DNA of 33,400 bases from assembly GCA_037441705.1 (NCBI GenBank), contig JBBIRR010000041.1:1-33400 (forward strand), written 5' to 3'. The position numbers and the translations under genes are program-made. The notes under the pieces were generated by a model. The model saw only the letters and a program-made list of their open reading frames with translations. It had not been told where the DNA came from and ran no database searches. The DNA is from Ignavibacteriales bacterium. GTDB taxonomy: Bacteria; Bacteroidota; Ignavibacteria; UBA10030; UBA6906. Shown here piece by piece: positions 17,562-28,799 of the stretch (position 1 is its first letter; the number at the start of each line of letters is the position of its first letter).

Positions 17562-19609
17562 ATGAGGGTTCGATGGACGAGCAGAAAAAAACGGAGAACG
17601 GCGCGCGCCGTTCGGGCGAAACGGATCGGCGAAGGAGCTTCCCGCGACCGGGAAGGAAGCGCCCGAGTCCGCCCATGAGGCCGGATGACGACTTCAACTG
17701 GAACCGCGTTCTCAAGGTGGTTCTCAGTTGGTCCGCGATCATCCTGATGGTCTTTTTGGTGATGACGCTGTTCAAGGGAACGGAAGGCGGCGAGGTGGAG
17801 ATCACCTACACCGAATACCGCGCGTTCCTGGAAGGCAACGAGATTGCCAAGGCAACGATCAAGAAATCGGAGTTGGCCAACTATGATTTCCACGGCGAGC
17901 TGCGCGAGCAGAAGTATCTCGTACGTGACGGTCGTAATGTTCCCGTGAAGAAGTTCTGGCTCACCCTGCCCATTCTCGACAGCGGCGTGATCAAGGACTG
18001 GACGGAACGCAATCTCAAGTTTACCGTTGTTCGCGAAGACAACACCTGGATCAACGGGCTGTTCGGCTTGCTGCCGTGGGTCCTGCTGGTTGCCGTGTGG
18101 CTCATCATCATGCGGCGCATGCAGGGTGCCGGACCGAAAGGAATTTTCTCGTTCGGAAAAAGTCGGGCAAAGATGTTGAGCGAGGGTGCCCCGAAGGTCA
18201 CCTTCCTCGATGTTGCCGGTGCCGATGAAGCGAAACTCGAGCTGCAGGAGATCATTGAGTTTCTCAAGGAGCCGACGAAGTTTCAGAAGCTGGGCGGAAA
18301 GATTCCGCGTGGAGTGATCTTGCTCGGCCCTCCGGGCACAGGCAAAACGCTGCTGGCCCGCGCAGTTGCCGGTGAAGCCGGCGTGCCGTTCTTTTCCATC
18401 TCGGGCGCGGACTTTGTCGAGATGTTCGTCGGTGTCGGTGCAAGCCGTGTGCGCGATCTGTTTGAGCAGGGAAAGAAAAACGCCCCGTGCATCATCTTCA
18501 TCGATGAGATCGACGCCGTGGGTCGCCATCGCGGAGCGGGCCTTGGCGGCGGACACGACGAGCGCGAGCAAACGCTCAATCAGCTGCTGGTGGAAATGGA
18601 TGGCTTCGAGCAGAATAGCGGCGTGATCATCATCGCCGCGACAAACAGACCCGATGTCCTTGATCCTGCACTCATGCGTCCCGGACGGTTCGATCGGCAG
18701 GTTGTTGTAGATCGGCCCGACGTCAAAGGCCGTGAAGGGATTTTGCGCGTTCATACCAAAAACATCCCTCTGGCAGAAGATGTCAATCTCGAGACGCTGG
18801 CAAAAGGCACGCCCGGCCTCGCGGGTGCAGAGCTTGCCAATCTCGTCAATGAGGCGGCACTGCTTGCAGCCCGACAGAACGCGCGCGCGGTAACCATGCG
18901 TCACTTCGAAGAAGCAAAGGACAAGGTGATGATGGGGATGGAGCGCAAGAGCCTTATCATCTCCGAGCGCGAGAAAAAAATCACATCCTATCACGAGATC
19001 GGACACGTGCTTGTGGCAAAAAAGATTCCCGAAGCCGATCCGGTCCATAAGGTCACCATCATTCCGCGCGGCCGGGCATTGGGCCTGACCACCTATCTGC
19101 CGATCGACGAAAAGCATACGTACTCGAAGGCCTATCTCGAGGCTATGATTTGCTATGCGCTGGGCGGTCGCGCTGCCGAAAAGATCGTCTTCGGCGAACT
19201 CACCACTGGCGCAGGCAATGACATCGAGCGGGCGACCGAGATTGCTCGGAAAATGGTGTGTGAGTGGGGGATGAGTGAGCGCCTGGGCCCGCTGACCTAC
19301 GGCCAGAAGGACGAGGAAATCTTCCTCGGCCGCCAGATTACGCGCCACAAGAATTACAGCGAGGAAACGGCCATTCTCATTGATGAAGAAGTGCGCCGCA
19401 TTGTTGAGACCGCGATGGCGCGTGCCGAAAAAATCCTGACCGATAATATCGACCTCCTGCACAAGATGGCAAAAGCGTTGCTGGAGCGGGAAATCTTGGA
19501 TGCCAATGAGATTGACACGATCATGCGCGGCGAGGAGCTTCCTCCTGTGGAGCGACGCGGCAACGGCCAGGCGCAGGCAACGGTTGAGCCCTCCGACAAA
19601 AAGAAATGA
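17558..19609 (+). CDS. ftsH: ATP-dependent zinc metalloprotease FtsH
   Basis: Two TM helices, [26 protein letters not shown] and HEIGH. Confidence 0.98.
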   Translation: MNEGSMDEQKKTENGARRSGETDRRRSFPRPGRKRPSPPMRPDDDFNWNRVLKVVLSWSAIILMVFLVMTLFKGTEGGEVEITYTEYRAFLEGNEIAKATIKKSELANYDFHGELREQKYLVRDGRNVPVKKFWLTLPILDSGVIKDWTERNLKFTVVREDNTWINGLFGLLPWVLLVAVWLIIMRRMQGAGPKGIFSFGKSRAKMLSEGAPKVTFLDVAGADEAKLELQEIIEFLKEPTKFQKLGGKIPRGVILLGPPGTGKTLLARAVAGEAGVPFFSISGADFVEMFVGVGASRVRDLFEQGKKNAPCIIFIDEIDAVGRHRGAGLGGGHDEREQTLNQLLVEMDGFEQNSGVIIIAATNRPDVLDPALMRPGRFDRQVVVDRPDVKGREGILRVHTKNIPLAEDVNLETLAKGTPGLAGAELANLVNEAALLAARQNARAVTMRHFEEAKDKVMMGMERKSLIISEREKKITSYHEIGHVLVAKKIPEADPVHKVTIIPRGRALGLTTYLPIDEKHTYSKAYLEAMICYALGGRAAEKIVFGELTTGAGNDIERATEIARKMVCEWGMSERLGPLTYGQKDEEIFLGRQITRHKNYSEETAILIDEEVRRIVETAMARAEKILTDNIDLLHKMAKALLEREILDANEIDTIMRGEELPPVERRGNGQAQATVEPSDKKK

Positions 19610-20271
19610 GCATTCTTCCGAATGTTGAGCAGAGCTATGCCGTGGAGCTCGTGCGCAAGAGCATCCACCTCTGCTCACTTTCGATTCCGATCATCTACTC
19701 TTTCATCAGCAAGGCCACGGCGCTGAGCATCCTCATCCCGCTAACGCTCCTGTTCGGGCTCTCGGACCTTGCGCGTGTGTACCATCCGCCGACGCGCAGG
19801 CTTTATCATCGGCTGTTCGGATGGCTGCTGCGCAGGCATGAGTTGGACGACGCTGCGCGCAATCTCAACGGCGCGACGTACGTTTTGCTGTCGGCGTGTG
19901 TGTTCATCTGGCTGCTGCCGAAGGTCATCTTCATCACGGCCTTTGCGATTCTCATCGTTTCCGATACGCTGGCGGCATTAGTAGGCCGACGCTTCGGGGC
20001 GCGAGCGTTCTTGAAGAAGACCCTCGAAGGAACGACTGCATTTTTCCTGAGCGCGCTGGTCGTGGTTGCTCTTGCGCCGAAAGTCGGCACCGGACCCGGC
20101 GAATACCTTGCGGGCGCAGGCGCCGCGTTGATCGGTGCGCTGGTCGAAGCCTCCGGCCTGCCGCTCGATGATAATCTTCTTGTCCCGCTGAGTGTGGGAC
20201 TGTCGTTGTGGGCGTTCTATATTCTCTTCCTTCCATCGCTCGATGTGTACGCCCTCGACGCGCTCCGGTAG
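19606..20271 (+). CDS. dolichol/phytol kinase-like membrane protein (CTP_transf_1/SEC59 family)
   Basis: RKSIH, SDTLAALVGRRFG, KKTLEGT and LDDNLLVP motifs; highly hydrophobic. Confidence 0.85.
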   Translation: MSILPNVEQSYAVELVRKSIHLCSLSIPIIYSFISKATALSILIPLTLLFGLSDLARVYHPPTRRLYHRLFGWLLRRHELDDAARNLNGATYVLLSACVFIWLLPKVIFITAFAILIVSDTLAALVGRRFGARAFLKKTLEGTTAFFLSALVVVALAPKVGTGPGEYLAGAGAALIGALVEASGLPLDDNLLVPLSVGLSLWAFYILFLPSLDVYALDALR

Positions 20272-20303
20272 TTTATTGCACACGTGCAGGTTCGAGTCAG
20301 CCC

Positions 20304-20771
20304 ATGCATAACCCCCGACGAGTGTATCTTTCCGGCGGCATGGAGTATGCCCCCAATGAAGGGCGCGCATGGCGCACCGAATTGCAGCAATGGCTGCAGG
20401 ACGAGCTTCGCTGCGAAGTCTTCAACCCGAACGCGGAGAGCGACAGGTTTCTCCGTACCCACTACCCTCATGTGGATATTCGTGCCTTGAAGGCGGTTGA
20501 TGTCGTTTCGTTTGCCGCGATCGTGGCGCAACTGGTAGAACTGGATTGCAAGGAAATCGCGGAGCGCTCGGACCTGGTCATCTGCTACTGGGACGAAGCG
20601 GCGATGCGAGGCGCGGGAACGAAAGGAGAGCTGACCATCGCAAAACATTTCGGCAAACCCGTCTATATGGTCACGTCCCTGCCGTATTCGGAAATCCCCG
20701 GCTGGGTCCTCGGCTGTACAACGATGATCTTCAACTCGTTCGACGAGCTGAAATCCTTCCTGCTGTTGTAG
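20304..20771 (+). CDS. nucleoside 2-deoxyribosyltransferase-like protein
   Basis: VYLSGGM..WR..VFNP..D..SDLVI..GAGTKGE..A..GKPV pattern; ATG 20304. Confidence 0.7.
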   Translation: MHNPRRVYLSGGMEYAPNEGRAWRTELQQWLQDELRCEVFNPNAESDRFLRTHYPHVDIRALKAVDVVSFAAIVAQLVELDCKEIAERSDLVICYWDEAAMRGAGTKGELTIAKHFGKPVYMVTSLPYSEIPGWVLGCTTMIFNSFDELKSFLLL

Positions 20772-20800
20772 CGATACGACGCCCGATTTCTGTACACTGA

Positions 20801-20829
20801 TTGCCGAGGCGTTGGGATTTGGATATATT
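20801..20829 (+). promoter_or_regulatory. sigma70-type promoter of guaA
   Basis: TTGCCG-17 nt-TATATT. Confidence 0.55.
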
Positions 20830-20852
20830 GAGGTACACGAGAACTCTCACTC

Positions 20853-22406
20853 ATGACTCATCCTGAACGCATCGTTATTCTCGACTTCGGTTCGCAGTAC
20901 AGCCAGCTGATTGCTCGTCGCGTCCGCGAGCTGGGAGTCTATTCGGAGCTGCATCCATTCAACATCTCGATCGAGCAGATCAACGCGCTGCGTCCCAAGG
21001 GCATCATCCTTTCGGGAAGTCCGTACAGCACATACGAGCCGGGCGCGCCGATCCCTTCGCCCGAAATCTTCGAGCTGGGCATTCCCATTCTCGGCATCTG
21101 TTATGGATTACAACTGATCGCGCATCAACTCGGAGGGGAAGTTGACAGAGCCGCGCGGCGAGAGTACGGTCACGCCGAACTGGTGATTGACGACACCTCC
21201 GACCTATTTGATGGGTTCCCTTCGCAAGGTTCCGCCGTCGTGAGCGTCTGGATGAGTCACGGCGACCATCTAACGAAAATCCCCAACGGCTTCAGCCCGA
21301 TCGCACACACAAGCAACTCACCCATTTGTGCAATCAGAAATCGTGAGAAGAGAATCTTCGGCATTCAGTTCCATCCCGAAGTTGTACACACACCGCAAGG
21401 AGGACAGGTCCTCCACAACTTTATCTACAAGATTTGTGGGTGTGAGGGAGGGTGGAGCCCATCATCGTTTATTGCCAATGCCGTGAGCGAAATCCGCTCG
21501 ATCGTTGGAAATGAAAAAGTGATATGTGCCCTCAGCGGAGGTGTGGATTCCTCCGTCGCTGCGGTGCTTCTTCATAAGGCTCTCGGTGATCGGCTCACCT
21601 GCATCCATATCAATAACGGATTGATGCGCAAGGGGGAGTCGGAACTTGTCGTGCAAACGTTTCGCGAAACGTTCCATATCAATCTCGACTACGTTGATGC
21701 AAGCGAGCGTTTCCTTGCTGCGTTGACCGGTGTGTCCGACCCTGAGAAGAAACGCAAGATCATCGGAAATCTTTTTATTATGGTTTTTGAAGAAGAGGCA
21801 AGAAAGATGGAGAGGGTGGGCTTCCTTGCCCAGGGCACGCTCTATCCGGACGTGATCGAGTCAACTTCGTTCAAAGGTCCATCCGTCACGATCAAGACGC
21901 ATCACAACGTCGGCGGCTTACCGGAAAAGATGAACCTCAAGCTGATTGAGCCGTTCCGGGAGTTGTTTAAGGATGAAGTCCGTGCCGTTGGTGCAGAGCT
22001 CGGACTGCCTGACGAGCTTATGTGGCGACATCCGTTTCCGGGACCCGGACTTGCTGTTCGCGTCCTCGGCGAGGTCACGAAGGAGCGACTCGACCTGTTG
22101 CGTGAAGCGGACGCAATTTTTGTTGAAGAAATCAAAAAAGCGGGAATCTACCGGGATATCTGGCAGGGATTTGTTGTGCTCCTGCCCGTCAGAAGTGTTG
22201 GCGTGATGGGCGACGGACGGACGTACGAATACACATGCGCCCTTCGCTGCGTGACGAGCGTTGATGGGATGACGGCCGACTGGTACCGAATGCCGCATGA
22301 CGTGATGGCGAGAATCTCGTCGCGCATTACCAACGAAGTTCGGGGCATCAATCGCGTCGTGTACGACATCAGTTCAAAGCCTCCTGCCACCATCGAGTGG
22401 GAATAA
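20853..22406 (+). CDS. guaA: GMP synthase (glutamine-hydrolysing)
   Basis: [37 protein letters not shown] and KPPATIEWE. Confidence 0.99.
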   Translation: MTHPERIVILDFGSQYSQLIARRVRELGVYSELHPFNISIEQINALRPKGIILSGSPYSTYEPGAPIPSPEIFELGIPILGICYGLQLIAHQLGGEVDRAARREYGHAELVIDDTSDLFDGFPSQGSAVVSVWMSHGDHLTKIPNGFSPIAHTSNSPICAIRNREKRIFGIQFHPEVVHTPQGGQVLHNFIYKICGCEGGWSPSSFIANAVSEIRSIVGNEKVICALSGGVDSSVAAVLLHKALGDRLTCIHINNGLMRKGESELVVQTFRETFHINLDYVDASERFLAALTGVSDPEKKRKIIGNLFIMVFEEEARKMERVGFLAQGTLYPDVIESTSFKGPSVTIKTHHNVGGLPEKMNLKLIEPFRELFKDEVRAVGAELGLPDELMWRHPFPGPGLAVRVLGEVTKERLDLLREADAIFVEEIKKAGIYRDIWQGFVVLLPVRSVGVMGDGRTYEYTCALRCVTSVDGMTADWYRMPHDVMARISSRITNEVRGINRVVYDISSKPPATIEWE

Positions 22407-22458
22407 GCGAGGCCCCGGTCTTCGCGAGCAGACGCTGCGGCTGCGTTTGTGTGACAAC

Positions 22459-22490
22459 AAAAAAGGCGCGGACACCAATCCGCGCCTTTT
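22459..22490. terminator. bidirectional intrinsic terminator
   Basis: AAAAAAGGCGCGGA-caccaa-TCCGCGCCTTTT between convergent guaA and the T9SS cargo gene. Confidence 0.85.
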
Positions 22491-22509
22491 GCTTGAACGC
22501 CACTCGGGC

Positions 22510-24339
22510 TTACCTCAAGTACACCATCTTCTTTGTCTGCGATTGATTGCCTACCCTGAGCGTGTAGTAATACACACCTCCAGCCAGATTTTCCGGTGAG
22601 AATTCTACAGTGTACTCGCCCGGTGTGCGGTAGTCGTTCAGCGGCGTTGCAACGACCTGCCCAAGGACGTTCGTCACCGTCAAGCTTACGTACGCCTCCT
22701 TCGGAATCGAGAATCGAATACGCGTTGATGGATTGAACGGATTGGGATAGTTCTGCTCAAGCTTGAACGATGACGGTTCCAAACCGCCTTCATCTACGCC
22801 TGTTGTTGTGAAGGTGTACGCAGCCACATAGACGTTCGTTTGCATGATGTTGTCAGGCGGCCAGGTATTGATGCCGGCCTGGTAACATCGGAACAGGAAG
22901 AGAGTGTAGCTGTTGCCCCCGTTCCATTTCACCGTCGGTGCAGCATGAAGCAGCATCTCCGCAAAATCCGGTGTTTGAGAGATGTTGATGGGTGTTGACC
23001 ATGACGGATCAGTAATCCTTCTGTACGAGAACCAAATTTCGGGCAGCGTATCGTTTGGTGAAAGCGAGGCTGCTTCAAGCCAGACAAACGTCATCAGTTG
23101 ACCATCGGAACTGATGGAGGCCTGAATGGAGTGATTGGTTTGACTCAGATTTCCTTGGGTTGGACTGGGATAGTACAAAACGGTTTGGCGCGCGAGGTTA
23201 CGCTTGATGAACTTCGCTTCCCAGCCGGTGGGCGTCTGGTAGACTTCAAGGAGGTGTCTCTGCTGCTGGTCGGTAGCAGGTGTGTCGGCCACCGGATAGA
23301 AGAAGTGCGCCATACCGTTCGCGTCGATCACCATGTCCGCATTGTAATCCACCGTGCCGCCCGGTGGTTGTGCGAAGTCGTACAGATCGTATGCAGCACC
23401 CAGGCCTGTTGCGATTCCCCAATCGGGTTGGGGTCGTATCCATGGCCCCCACGTCGCGCCATTATCGGTCGTGCGGCTGTAGCCAACGTTAAATGCGTTC
23501 GCAAGCGAGTCGGGATAGAACAACCCGTTGACCGCGAAGTAGCCGCCCTGATTGGTTGCCTTGCCAACGACAAAGCCGAGTGAGTTGATAAAATACGGAA
23601 TGGTATCGCGCCAGTGAGGAGGCGTTTGCCGTATCACCGTGAGATAGTCGTTCGTTCGCCATGTCAGATGGTCGTTCGGAATTCCGGACGCCAATCGACT
23701 CGATGCCCAGTTGACCCAATCGGAGTTTGGATAGCTCCAGATCGAGAGTGCAGCTGTGAGGTCGTTCGTTGCCGGATCCACCGTCGCAATTCCGGCCCCG
23801 GCACCGAGCGGAAAATCGACACCATACGTAATTTGCCCGAACGCACCGCCGTTGATAAGATTGGGCGCCGCCCATACAAAAAGTAGCTGCGACGTGTCGG
23901 CTGTACCCGCGGGGTTGGAAATCGTGCAACTCGGATAACGCAGGCTTTGCGGCGTTCCTCCGGAGAGTTCGCCTGCACGGTACCAGCTCACCCCGTTATT
24001 TCGTGAGACGTTGTACCATAGCTGACCGCTCGTTCCATACGGTGGAGCACCCCGGTGGATCAGCACCAGCGTGTTGCTCGCCTGATCGTATGCGAGTGGT
24101 TTGACTTGATCATTCGCGGGACCGAAGGCGTTGGCCATCGAGTCCACAAGAACCCAGTTCAGGACAAGCGGGTTGTCGAGTCCAGGGATGTACTGCCCGT
24201 TTCCCGTTGATGCGCGCGCGATGCCATCATCAATTGCGAGCGGTGCAGGTCGTGCATTGCGTAGGTCGAATCTCTTTCCGGCGAAAGAGAGTGACGTCGC
24301 AAGAGAGATACAGCAGGCAATGAGTAACGCCTTCCTCAT
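22510..24339 (-). CDS. secreted T9SS cargo protein with BNR/Asp-box beta-propeller-like body
   Basis: GGAGG SD and MRKALL.. signal peptide; Asp-box-like SRNNGVSW and TTDNGATW; CTD FKLEQNYPNPFNPST...GVYYYTL..KKMVYLR. Confidence 0.88.
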   Translation of the reverse strand: MRKALLIACCISLATSLSFAGKRFDLRNARPAPLAIDDGIARASTGNGQYIPGLDNPLVLNWVLVDSMANAFGPANDQVKPLAYDQASNTLVLIHRGAPPYGTSGQLWYNVSRNNGVSWYRAGELSGGTPQSLRYPSCTISNPAGTADTSQLLFVWAAPNLINGGAFGQITYGVDFPLGAGAGIATVDPATNDLTAALSIWSYPNSDWVNWASSRLASGIPNDHLTWRTNDYLTVIRQTPPHWRDTIPYFINSLGFVVGKATNQGGYFAVNGLFYPDSLANAFNVGYSRTTDNGATWGPWIRPQPDWGIATGLGAAYDLYDFAQPPGGTVDYNADMVIDANGMAHFFYPVADTPATDQQQRHLLEVYQTPTGWEAKFIKRNLARQTVLYYPSPTQGNLSQTNHSIQASISSDGQLMTFVWLEAASLSPNDTLPEIWFSYRRITDPSWSTPINISQTPDFAEMLLHAAPTVKWNGGNSYTLFLFRCYQAGINTWPPDNIMQTNVYVAAYTFTTTGVDEGGLEPSSFKLEQNYPNPFNPSTRIRFSIPKEAYVSLTVTNVLGQVVATPLNDYRTPGEYTVEFSPENLAGGVYYYTLRVGNQSQTKKMVYLR

Positions 24340-24401
24340 GGCGAACCTCCAGTTGTTGATTGATGTGATGAGTTCGAAGTGATGGTGAAAAACCACGGAC
24401 T

Positions 24402-24430
24402 AAGATAGGAAGAGCAAGAGGCAAAAGCAA
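24402..24430 (-). promoter_or_regulatory. sigma70-type promoter of the T9SS cargo gene
   Basis: Minus strand TTGCTT-17 nt-TATCTT. Confidence 0.45.
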
Positions 24431-24478
24431 CCATGACGTGCAAGCACGAGAGGGAGATCGTTCCGTTCGCGCGAAAAC

Positions 24479-24892
24479 CTATTCTCCAATTACCTTGATA
24501 ACAACTCTCTTGCGCCGTTGCCCGTCGAACTCTGCGTAGTAGATTTGCTGCCAGGGACCAAAGTCGAGCGCGCCGTTGGTGATGGGAACGATCACTTCGT
24601 GGTGGATGAGAAGACTTTTCAAATGTGCATCGCCGTTGGTTTCACCCGTGCGATGGTGGCGATAGTTTGGATTGAACGGGGCGAGTTTTTCCAACCACTC
24701 ATCGATGTCTTGAATCAACCCTGCTTCGGCATCGTTGACATATACACCGGCAGTGATGTGCATAGCCGAGACAAGAACGAATCCTTCGGTGATGCCACTT
24801 TTCCGTACGGCTTCCTGCACGGTGTCGGTGATGTTGATGTACTCGCGATGCTTCTTGGTGTTGAACCAGAGATACTCGGTATGAGATTTCAT
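24479..24892 (-). CDS. yjbQ: YjbQ/UPF0047 family protein
   Basis: [38 protein letters not shown]; ATG 24892. Confidence 0.92.
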   Translation of the reverse strand: MKSHTEYLWFNTKKHREYINITDTVQEAVRKSGITEGFVLVSAMHITAGVYVNDAEAGLIQDIDEWLEKLAPFNPNYRHHRTGETNGDAHLKSLLIHHEVIVPITNGALDFGPWQQIYYAEFDGQRRKRVVIKVIGE

Positions 24893-24896
24893 GATG

Positions 24897-25277
24897 CTAC
24901 TCTGAGGCAAGGAGTCGTCGTGCTGTTGTTACCAGTTCGGCCGTTACATAGGGCTTGGGCAGAAACTCATCTGCGCCTGCGCGCATGACTTCCTCGCGAA
25001 CGTTGTTGCGTCCGAAGCCGCTGGCGCCGATGATCTTGACTGAAGGCTTCATCTTGCGCACCCGCTCGATCAACTCAACTCCTCCTAACTTAGGCAATCC
25101 CAGGTCTGTCACCACAAGGTCAATCTCATCCGCGTGCGCGGCGAATGTTTCGAGGGCCGACTGGCCGTCGAACGCTTGCAGCACGGAGAAGTTCTCGGCT
25201 TGCAAGATAACGGTAAGGAGATTGTTGATGTCGACCTCGTCTTCCGAGATCAGCACAAGGGGTTTCTTGATCGCCAT
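24897..25277 (-). CDS. single-domain response regulator receiver
   Basis: [20 protein letters not shown] and FLPKPY. Confidence 0.92.
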   Translation of the reverse strand: MAIKKPLVLISEDEVDINNLLTVILQAENFSVLQAFDGQSALETFAAHADEIDLVVTDLGLPKLGGVELIERVRKMKPSVKIIGASGFGRNNVREEVMRAGADEFLPKPYVTAELVTTARRLLASE

Positions 25278-25322
25278 GGCCTTGGTTGGCGTTTCAGAGG
25301 AATACGCTGGAAACCGTGTGCC

Positions 25323-25351
25323 AATATAAAAATACCCCGCCTGAACATCAA
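25323..25351 (-). promoter_or_regulatory. sigma70-type promoter of the receiver-yjbQ pair
   Basis: Minus strand TTGATG-17 nt-TATATT. Confidence 0.55.
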
Positions 25352-25419
25352 TGCTATGACTGAAGCAAATGAGGCTGCAATTACGTATACTGCACCCTGT
25401 ACGGTGGCGTGAGATCTCT

Positions 25420-27216
25420 ATGAAACTGCTCTTATCCTATTTAGAACACTATTGGAAGCTCGTGGTGGTGGCGCTGCTGCTTGCAGCCATCAACCAGACG
25501 TTTTCCCTTCTCGATCCGCTCATCTTTCGCTATATCATCGACGAGTACGTCACGCGCTTCAAAGAATACACGCGTGCCGATTTCCTCCGCGGCGTCGGGC
25601 TGCTGCTGCTCGCGGCGATGGGGGTTGCCTTCGTCTCGCGTGTGGCAAAGAACTTCCAGGACTACGTCATCAACGTCATCACGCAGCGCCTGGGAGCCCG
25701 CATCTACTCCGACGGCTTGCGGCATTCATTGGAGATGCCCTATCAAATGTTCGAGGATCAGCGCAGCGGCGAAACGCTGGGGAAGCTCCAGAAAGTCCGA
25801 ACCGACGTCGAAAAGCTGATTGCCGCGCTCATCAACATCCTGTTCCAATCGCTGGTCGGCATTATCTTCGTCATGGTCTATGCGTTCAGTGTTCATTGGC
25901 TGATCGCGATCGTATACTTTACTACGGTGCCGGCGCTTGGCCTGATCAGCTCCATCCTCAGCAGGAAGCTTAAGTCCATGCAGAAAGTGATCGTACGGGA
26001 AACCACGGCGCTCGCAGGGTCAACTACCGAGTCGTTGCGGAATATTGAGCTGGTCAAGAGTCTCGGCCTTGCACAACAGGAGATTGAACGACTCAACAGC
26101 ACGACGGACAAGATTCTCAGACTCGAGCTAAAGAAGGTGCGCTATCTGCGCAGCCTGAGTTTCATTCAGGGAACATCCGTAAACTTCCTCCGCACCACGA
26201 TTCTGGGCCTCATGCTCTACATGATTTTTGATCAACAGATTACGTTCGGTCAATTCTTCTCGCTCTGGATCTACTCGTTCTTCATCTTTGGGCCCCTGCA
26301 GGAACTCGGCAACGTCATCAACACCTATCGCGAAACGGAAGTATCGCTGAAAAACTTTGAAGAGATTCTCACCGCACAAAAGGAGGCAAAACCCGCGAAG
26401 CCCGTGAAGCTTGACACGATAGAATCGCTGGCATTTCAAAATGTTCGGTTCAAACACCTCTCCTCGACGAAGCATGCGCTCGCCGACATCTCGTTCGAGG
26501 TTCGGCGCGGAGAGACGATTGCATTTGTGGGTCCGTCAGGCTCCGGGAAGACCACACTCGTGAAGCTGCTCATCGGCTTGTATACTCCACACTCGGGAAC
26601 GATTCTGTACAACGGCTATCCGAGGGAGGTGATCGATCTCGAAGGCTTGCGCGAACGCATCGGGGTGGTTACTCAGGATACACAGTTGTTTTCGGGAACG
26701 ATTCGTGAGAACCTCCTCTTTGTGAATCCATCGGCGACGGATGCGGAGTGTCTCGAGGTATTGGAGAAAGCGGCATGCCAGAGCCTCCTTGCACGGGCCG
26801 ATAAGGGACTGGACACCCTGATTGGGGAGGGGGGCGTGAAGGTCTCAGGTGGAGAGAAACAGCGCCTCTCGATCGCACGAGCACTCCTGCGGCATCCGCA
26901 TCTCCTTGTGTTCGATGAAGCAACCTCGTCGCTCGATTCGCTGACCGAAGAGGAAATCAGTGAGACGATTCGTGATGTGTCCATGCAGAAAGACTTGATC
27001 ACCATTCTGATAGCGCATCGACTGTCGACGGTGATGCACGCCGATCGCATTCTTGTGCTGGAACGCGGAAGGATCGTTGAGGTCGGCCAGCATCAATCCC
27101 TGTTGGACCAGAAAGGCCTGTATTACGCCATGTGGCGTCAACAAATTGGTGAAAGGGAGGAAGAAAGACGTGACGGTGAAGGGCTGATGACGACTAACGT
27201 TCTGGCGAAGAACTAA
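25420..27216 (+). CDS. ABC exporter, fused permease + ATPase (MsbA/MdlB-like)
   Basis: N-terminal TM domain, GPSGSGKT, VSGGEKQR, VFDEATS and IAHRLST; likely start ATG 25420. Confidence 0.93.
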   Translation: MKLLLSYLEHYWKLVVVALLLAAINQTFSLLDPLIFRYIIDEYVTRFKEYTRADFLRGVGLLLLAAMGVAFVSRVAKNFQDYVINVITQRLGARIYSDGLRHSLEMPYQMFEDQRSGETLGKLQKVRTDVEKLIAALINILFQSLVGIIFVMVYAFSVHWLIAIVYFTTVPALGLISSILSRKLKSMQKVIVRETTALAGSTTESLRNIELVKSLGLAQQEIERLNSTTDKILRLELKKVRYLRSLSFIQGTSVNFLRTTILGLMLYMIFDQQITFGQFFSLWIYSFFIFGPLQELGNVINTYRETEVSLKNFEEILTAQKEAKPAKPVKLDTIESLAFQNVRFKHLSSTKHALADISFEVRRGETIAFVGPSGSGKTTLVKLLIGLYTPHSGTILYNGYPREVIDLEGLRERIGVVTQDTQLFSGTIRENLLFVNPSATDAECLEVLEKAACQSLLARADKGLDTLIGEGGVKVSGGEKQRLSIARALLRHPHLLVFDEATSSLDSLTEEEISETIRDVSMQKDLITILIAHRLSTVMHADRILVLERGRIVEVGQHQSLLDQKGLYYAMWRQQIGEREEERRDGEGLMTTNVLAKN

Positions 27217-27994
27217 GGAATGAATCGGCAAGGATCTGTTGTGTGAACGGATGCTTTGGGGATGATGCCAGTTCACGTGATGCGGCATGTTCGACGATCA
27301 CGCCGCCGTGCAGCACGGCAATGCGGTCGCACACACGCAATGCAGTATCGAGATCATGAGTGATGAGGAGGAGAGAAAGATGAAAACGATCTCGAATTTG
27401 AAGTAGGAGCGACAGAATCTGCCGTTGGGTGAGAAGGTCAAGGGCCGATGTCGGCTCATCGAGAATCAGAAGGGATGGCTGCGCAGCCAAAGCACGGGCA
27501 ATGGCGATGCGTTGGCGCTGGCCTCCGCTGAGCTGACCGGGCAACAAGGGCAGGAGATCGCTCTCTAGACCCATCGCTTCAAGAAGCTCGACCATCGCTT
27601 CTTCAAGGTCCGGTGCACCGGCGTGTGGGCGTGCTTCGAGTCCCTCACGCAAACAGTCTCTGACTGACATCATAGGATTAAGCGAAGCACTGCTTGCCTG
27701 AAAGACCATCTGCATCTCGGTGCGAAATCGTCTGCGGTTGTTCTCCTCGGGAAAGATGTTTACGGACTTGAAAAGGATCGAGCCGCGATCGGGCCTCTGA
27801 AGGCCCACAATGCATCGGGCGAGTGTTGACTTGCCGCTCCCGCTCGGTCCGACCAATCCCAGAATTTTTCCTTCCTCAAGAGAAAGCGAAACGTCGCTGA
27901 GTACAACGGCTCGCCTCGTAAGAAACCCTCGCCGGTGCGAAGGAACCATCGAGCATTGGAGATTCAGGATCAGCAGAAGCGGTACCTCAGGCAT
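27194..27994 (-). CDS. oligopeptide/dipeptide ABC importer ATPase, OppF/DppF-like
   Basis: GPSGSGKSTL, QMVFQ..SLNP, LSGGQRQR, LDEPTSALD and PKHPFT. Confidence 0.88.
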   Translation of the reverse strand: MPEVPLLLILNLQCSMVPSHRRGFLTRRAVVLSDVSLSLEEGKILGLVGPSGSGKSTLARCIVGLQRPDRGSILFKSVNIFPEENNRRRFRTEMQMVFQASSASLNPMMSVRDCLREGLEARPHAGAPDLEEAMVELLEAMGLESDLLPLLPGQLSGGQRQRIAIARALAAQPSLLILDEPTSALDLLTQRQILSLLLQIRDRFHLSLLLITHDLDTALRVCDRIAVLHGGVIVEHAASRELASSPKHPFTQQILADSFLSSSPER

Positions 27995-28799
27995 GAGCAG
28001 TAAGATGAGTGTTAGAACGGCTGACTCTGTCGTTCAAGGCCTTGAGCAGAAGTTGTGAATACGGATGCTGCGGCGTACGAAAGAACTCTTCGACGGATGC
28101 GTTTTCGATCAATGCACCGTCATGCATAACGGCAACTTCGTCTGCGAAGTGGCGAGCAAAGGCAAGATCGTGTGTCACAAGAATCATCGTCATGCGCTGC
28201 TTGGTTTGTATGGATCGAAGAAGCTTCAGGAGTTGCTTGCGCAGCGAAGCGTCGACGGCACTTGTTGGTTCGTCCGCAATCAATAGCCCTGGTTGCGGCA
28301 GCAGGGCCATGGCGATCATAACGCGCTGGGCCATTCCAACACTCAACTCGTGCGGATATCGTGACAGCACGTCTTCCGGTCGCTCCAAGCCGACCTCAGC
28401 CAGCACCTGCGTGATCTCAGCTTTTGTCGTTTCTCGCCTTCCGCAGGCAAGCAGCATTTGCTTTCCAATAGTGGAAACGGGATTCAACGCCGCGTACGGC
28501 TCTTGAAAAACATAGCGGATAGCATTCTGTCGCAGGTCAGCTAACTCCGAATCGCTACATGCCAGGATGTCCCTCGAATCGAATTGCACGCTTCCGGCTA
28601 TGTCTACGGCAGCGCGGGAGGGAAACAGCCGCGTCAGCGCGCGGCATAGCGTCGTCTTGCCACATCCACTTTCACCCACAAGCGCGAGAGCTTGACCCTT
28701 CAACAGCGAGAAATTGACGTCTCTAACGGCCGGTGACGGTGAGCTGCCTGAGAGATACTTCACCGTAAGTCCACGCACTTCTATCAGGTTCTGTTGCAT
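27987..28799 (-). CDS. oligopeptide/dipeptide ABC importer ATPase, OppD/DppD-like
   Basis: MQQNLIEVRGLTVKY, VGESGCGKT, FQEP..ALNP, YPHELSVGMAQR, ADEPT and PQHPYS; ATG 28799. Confidence 0.9.
   Translation of the reverse strand: MQQNLIEVRGLTVKYLSGSSPSPAVRDVNFSLLKGQALALVGESGCGKTTLCRALTRLFPSRAAVDIAGSVQFDSRDILACSDSELADLRQNAIRYVFQEPYAALNPVSTIGKQMLLACGRRETTKAEITQVLAEVGLERPEDVLSRYPHELSVGMAQRVMIAMALLPQPGLLIADEPTSAVDASLRKQLLKLLRSIQTKQRMTMILVTHDLAFARHFADEVAVMHDGALIENASVEEFFRTPQHPYSQLLLKALNDRVSRSNTHLTAHA

Noticed and set aside
17531-19678. 715-aa antisense ORF over ftsH, and similar long shadow ORFs (14427..15515, 16307..17218, 8044..8853)
   Set aside because: Antisense open frames are expected opposite strongly codon-biased GC-rich genes; no protein motifs.
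20284-20303. GCAGGTTCGAGTC T-loop-like motif as a tRNA fragment
   Set aside because: The flanks do not form a T-stem and there is no other cloverleaf element; likely chance.
25420-27216. ABC exporter as the dedicated peptide exporter of the repeat precursor
   Set aside because: It has no C39 peptidase domain, the precursor has a Sec signal, and the gene is convergent with a 23-bp 3' overlap; linkage is unsupported.
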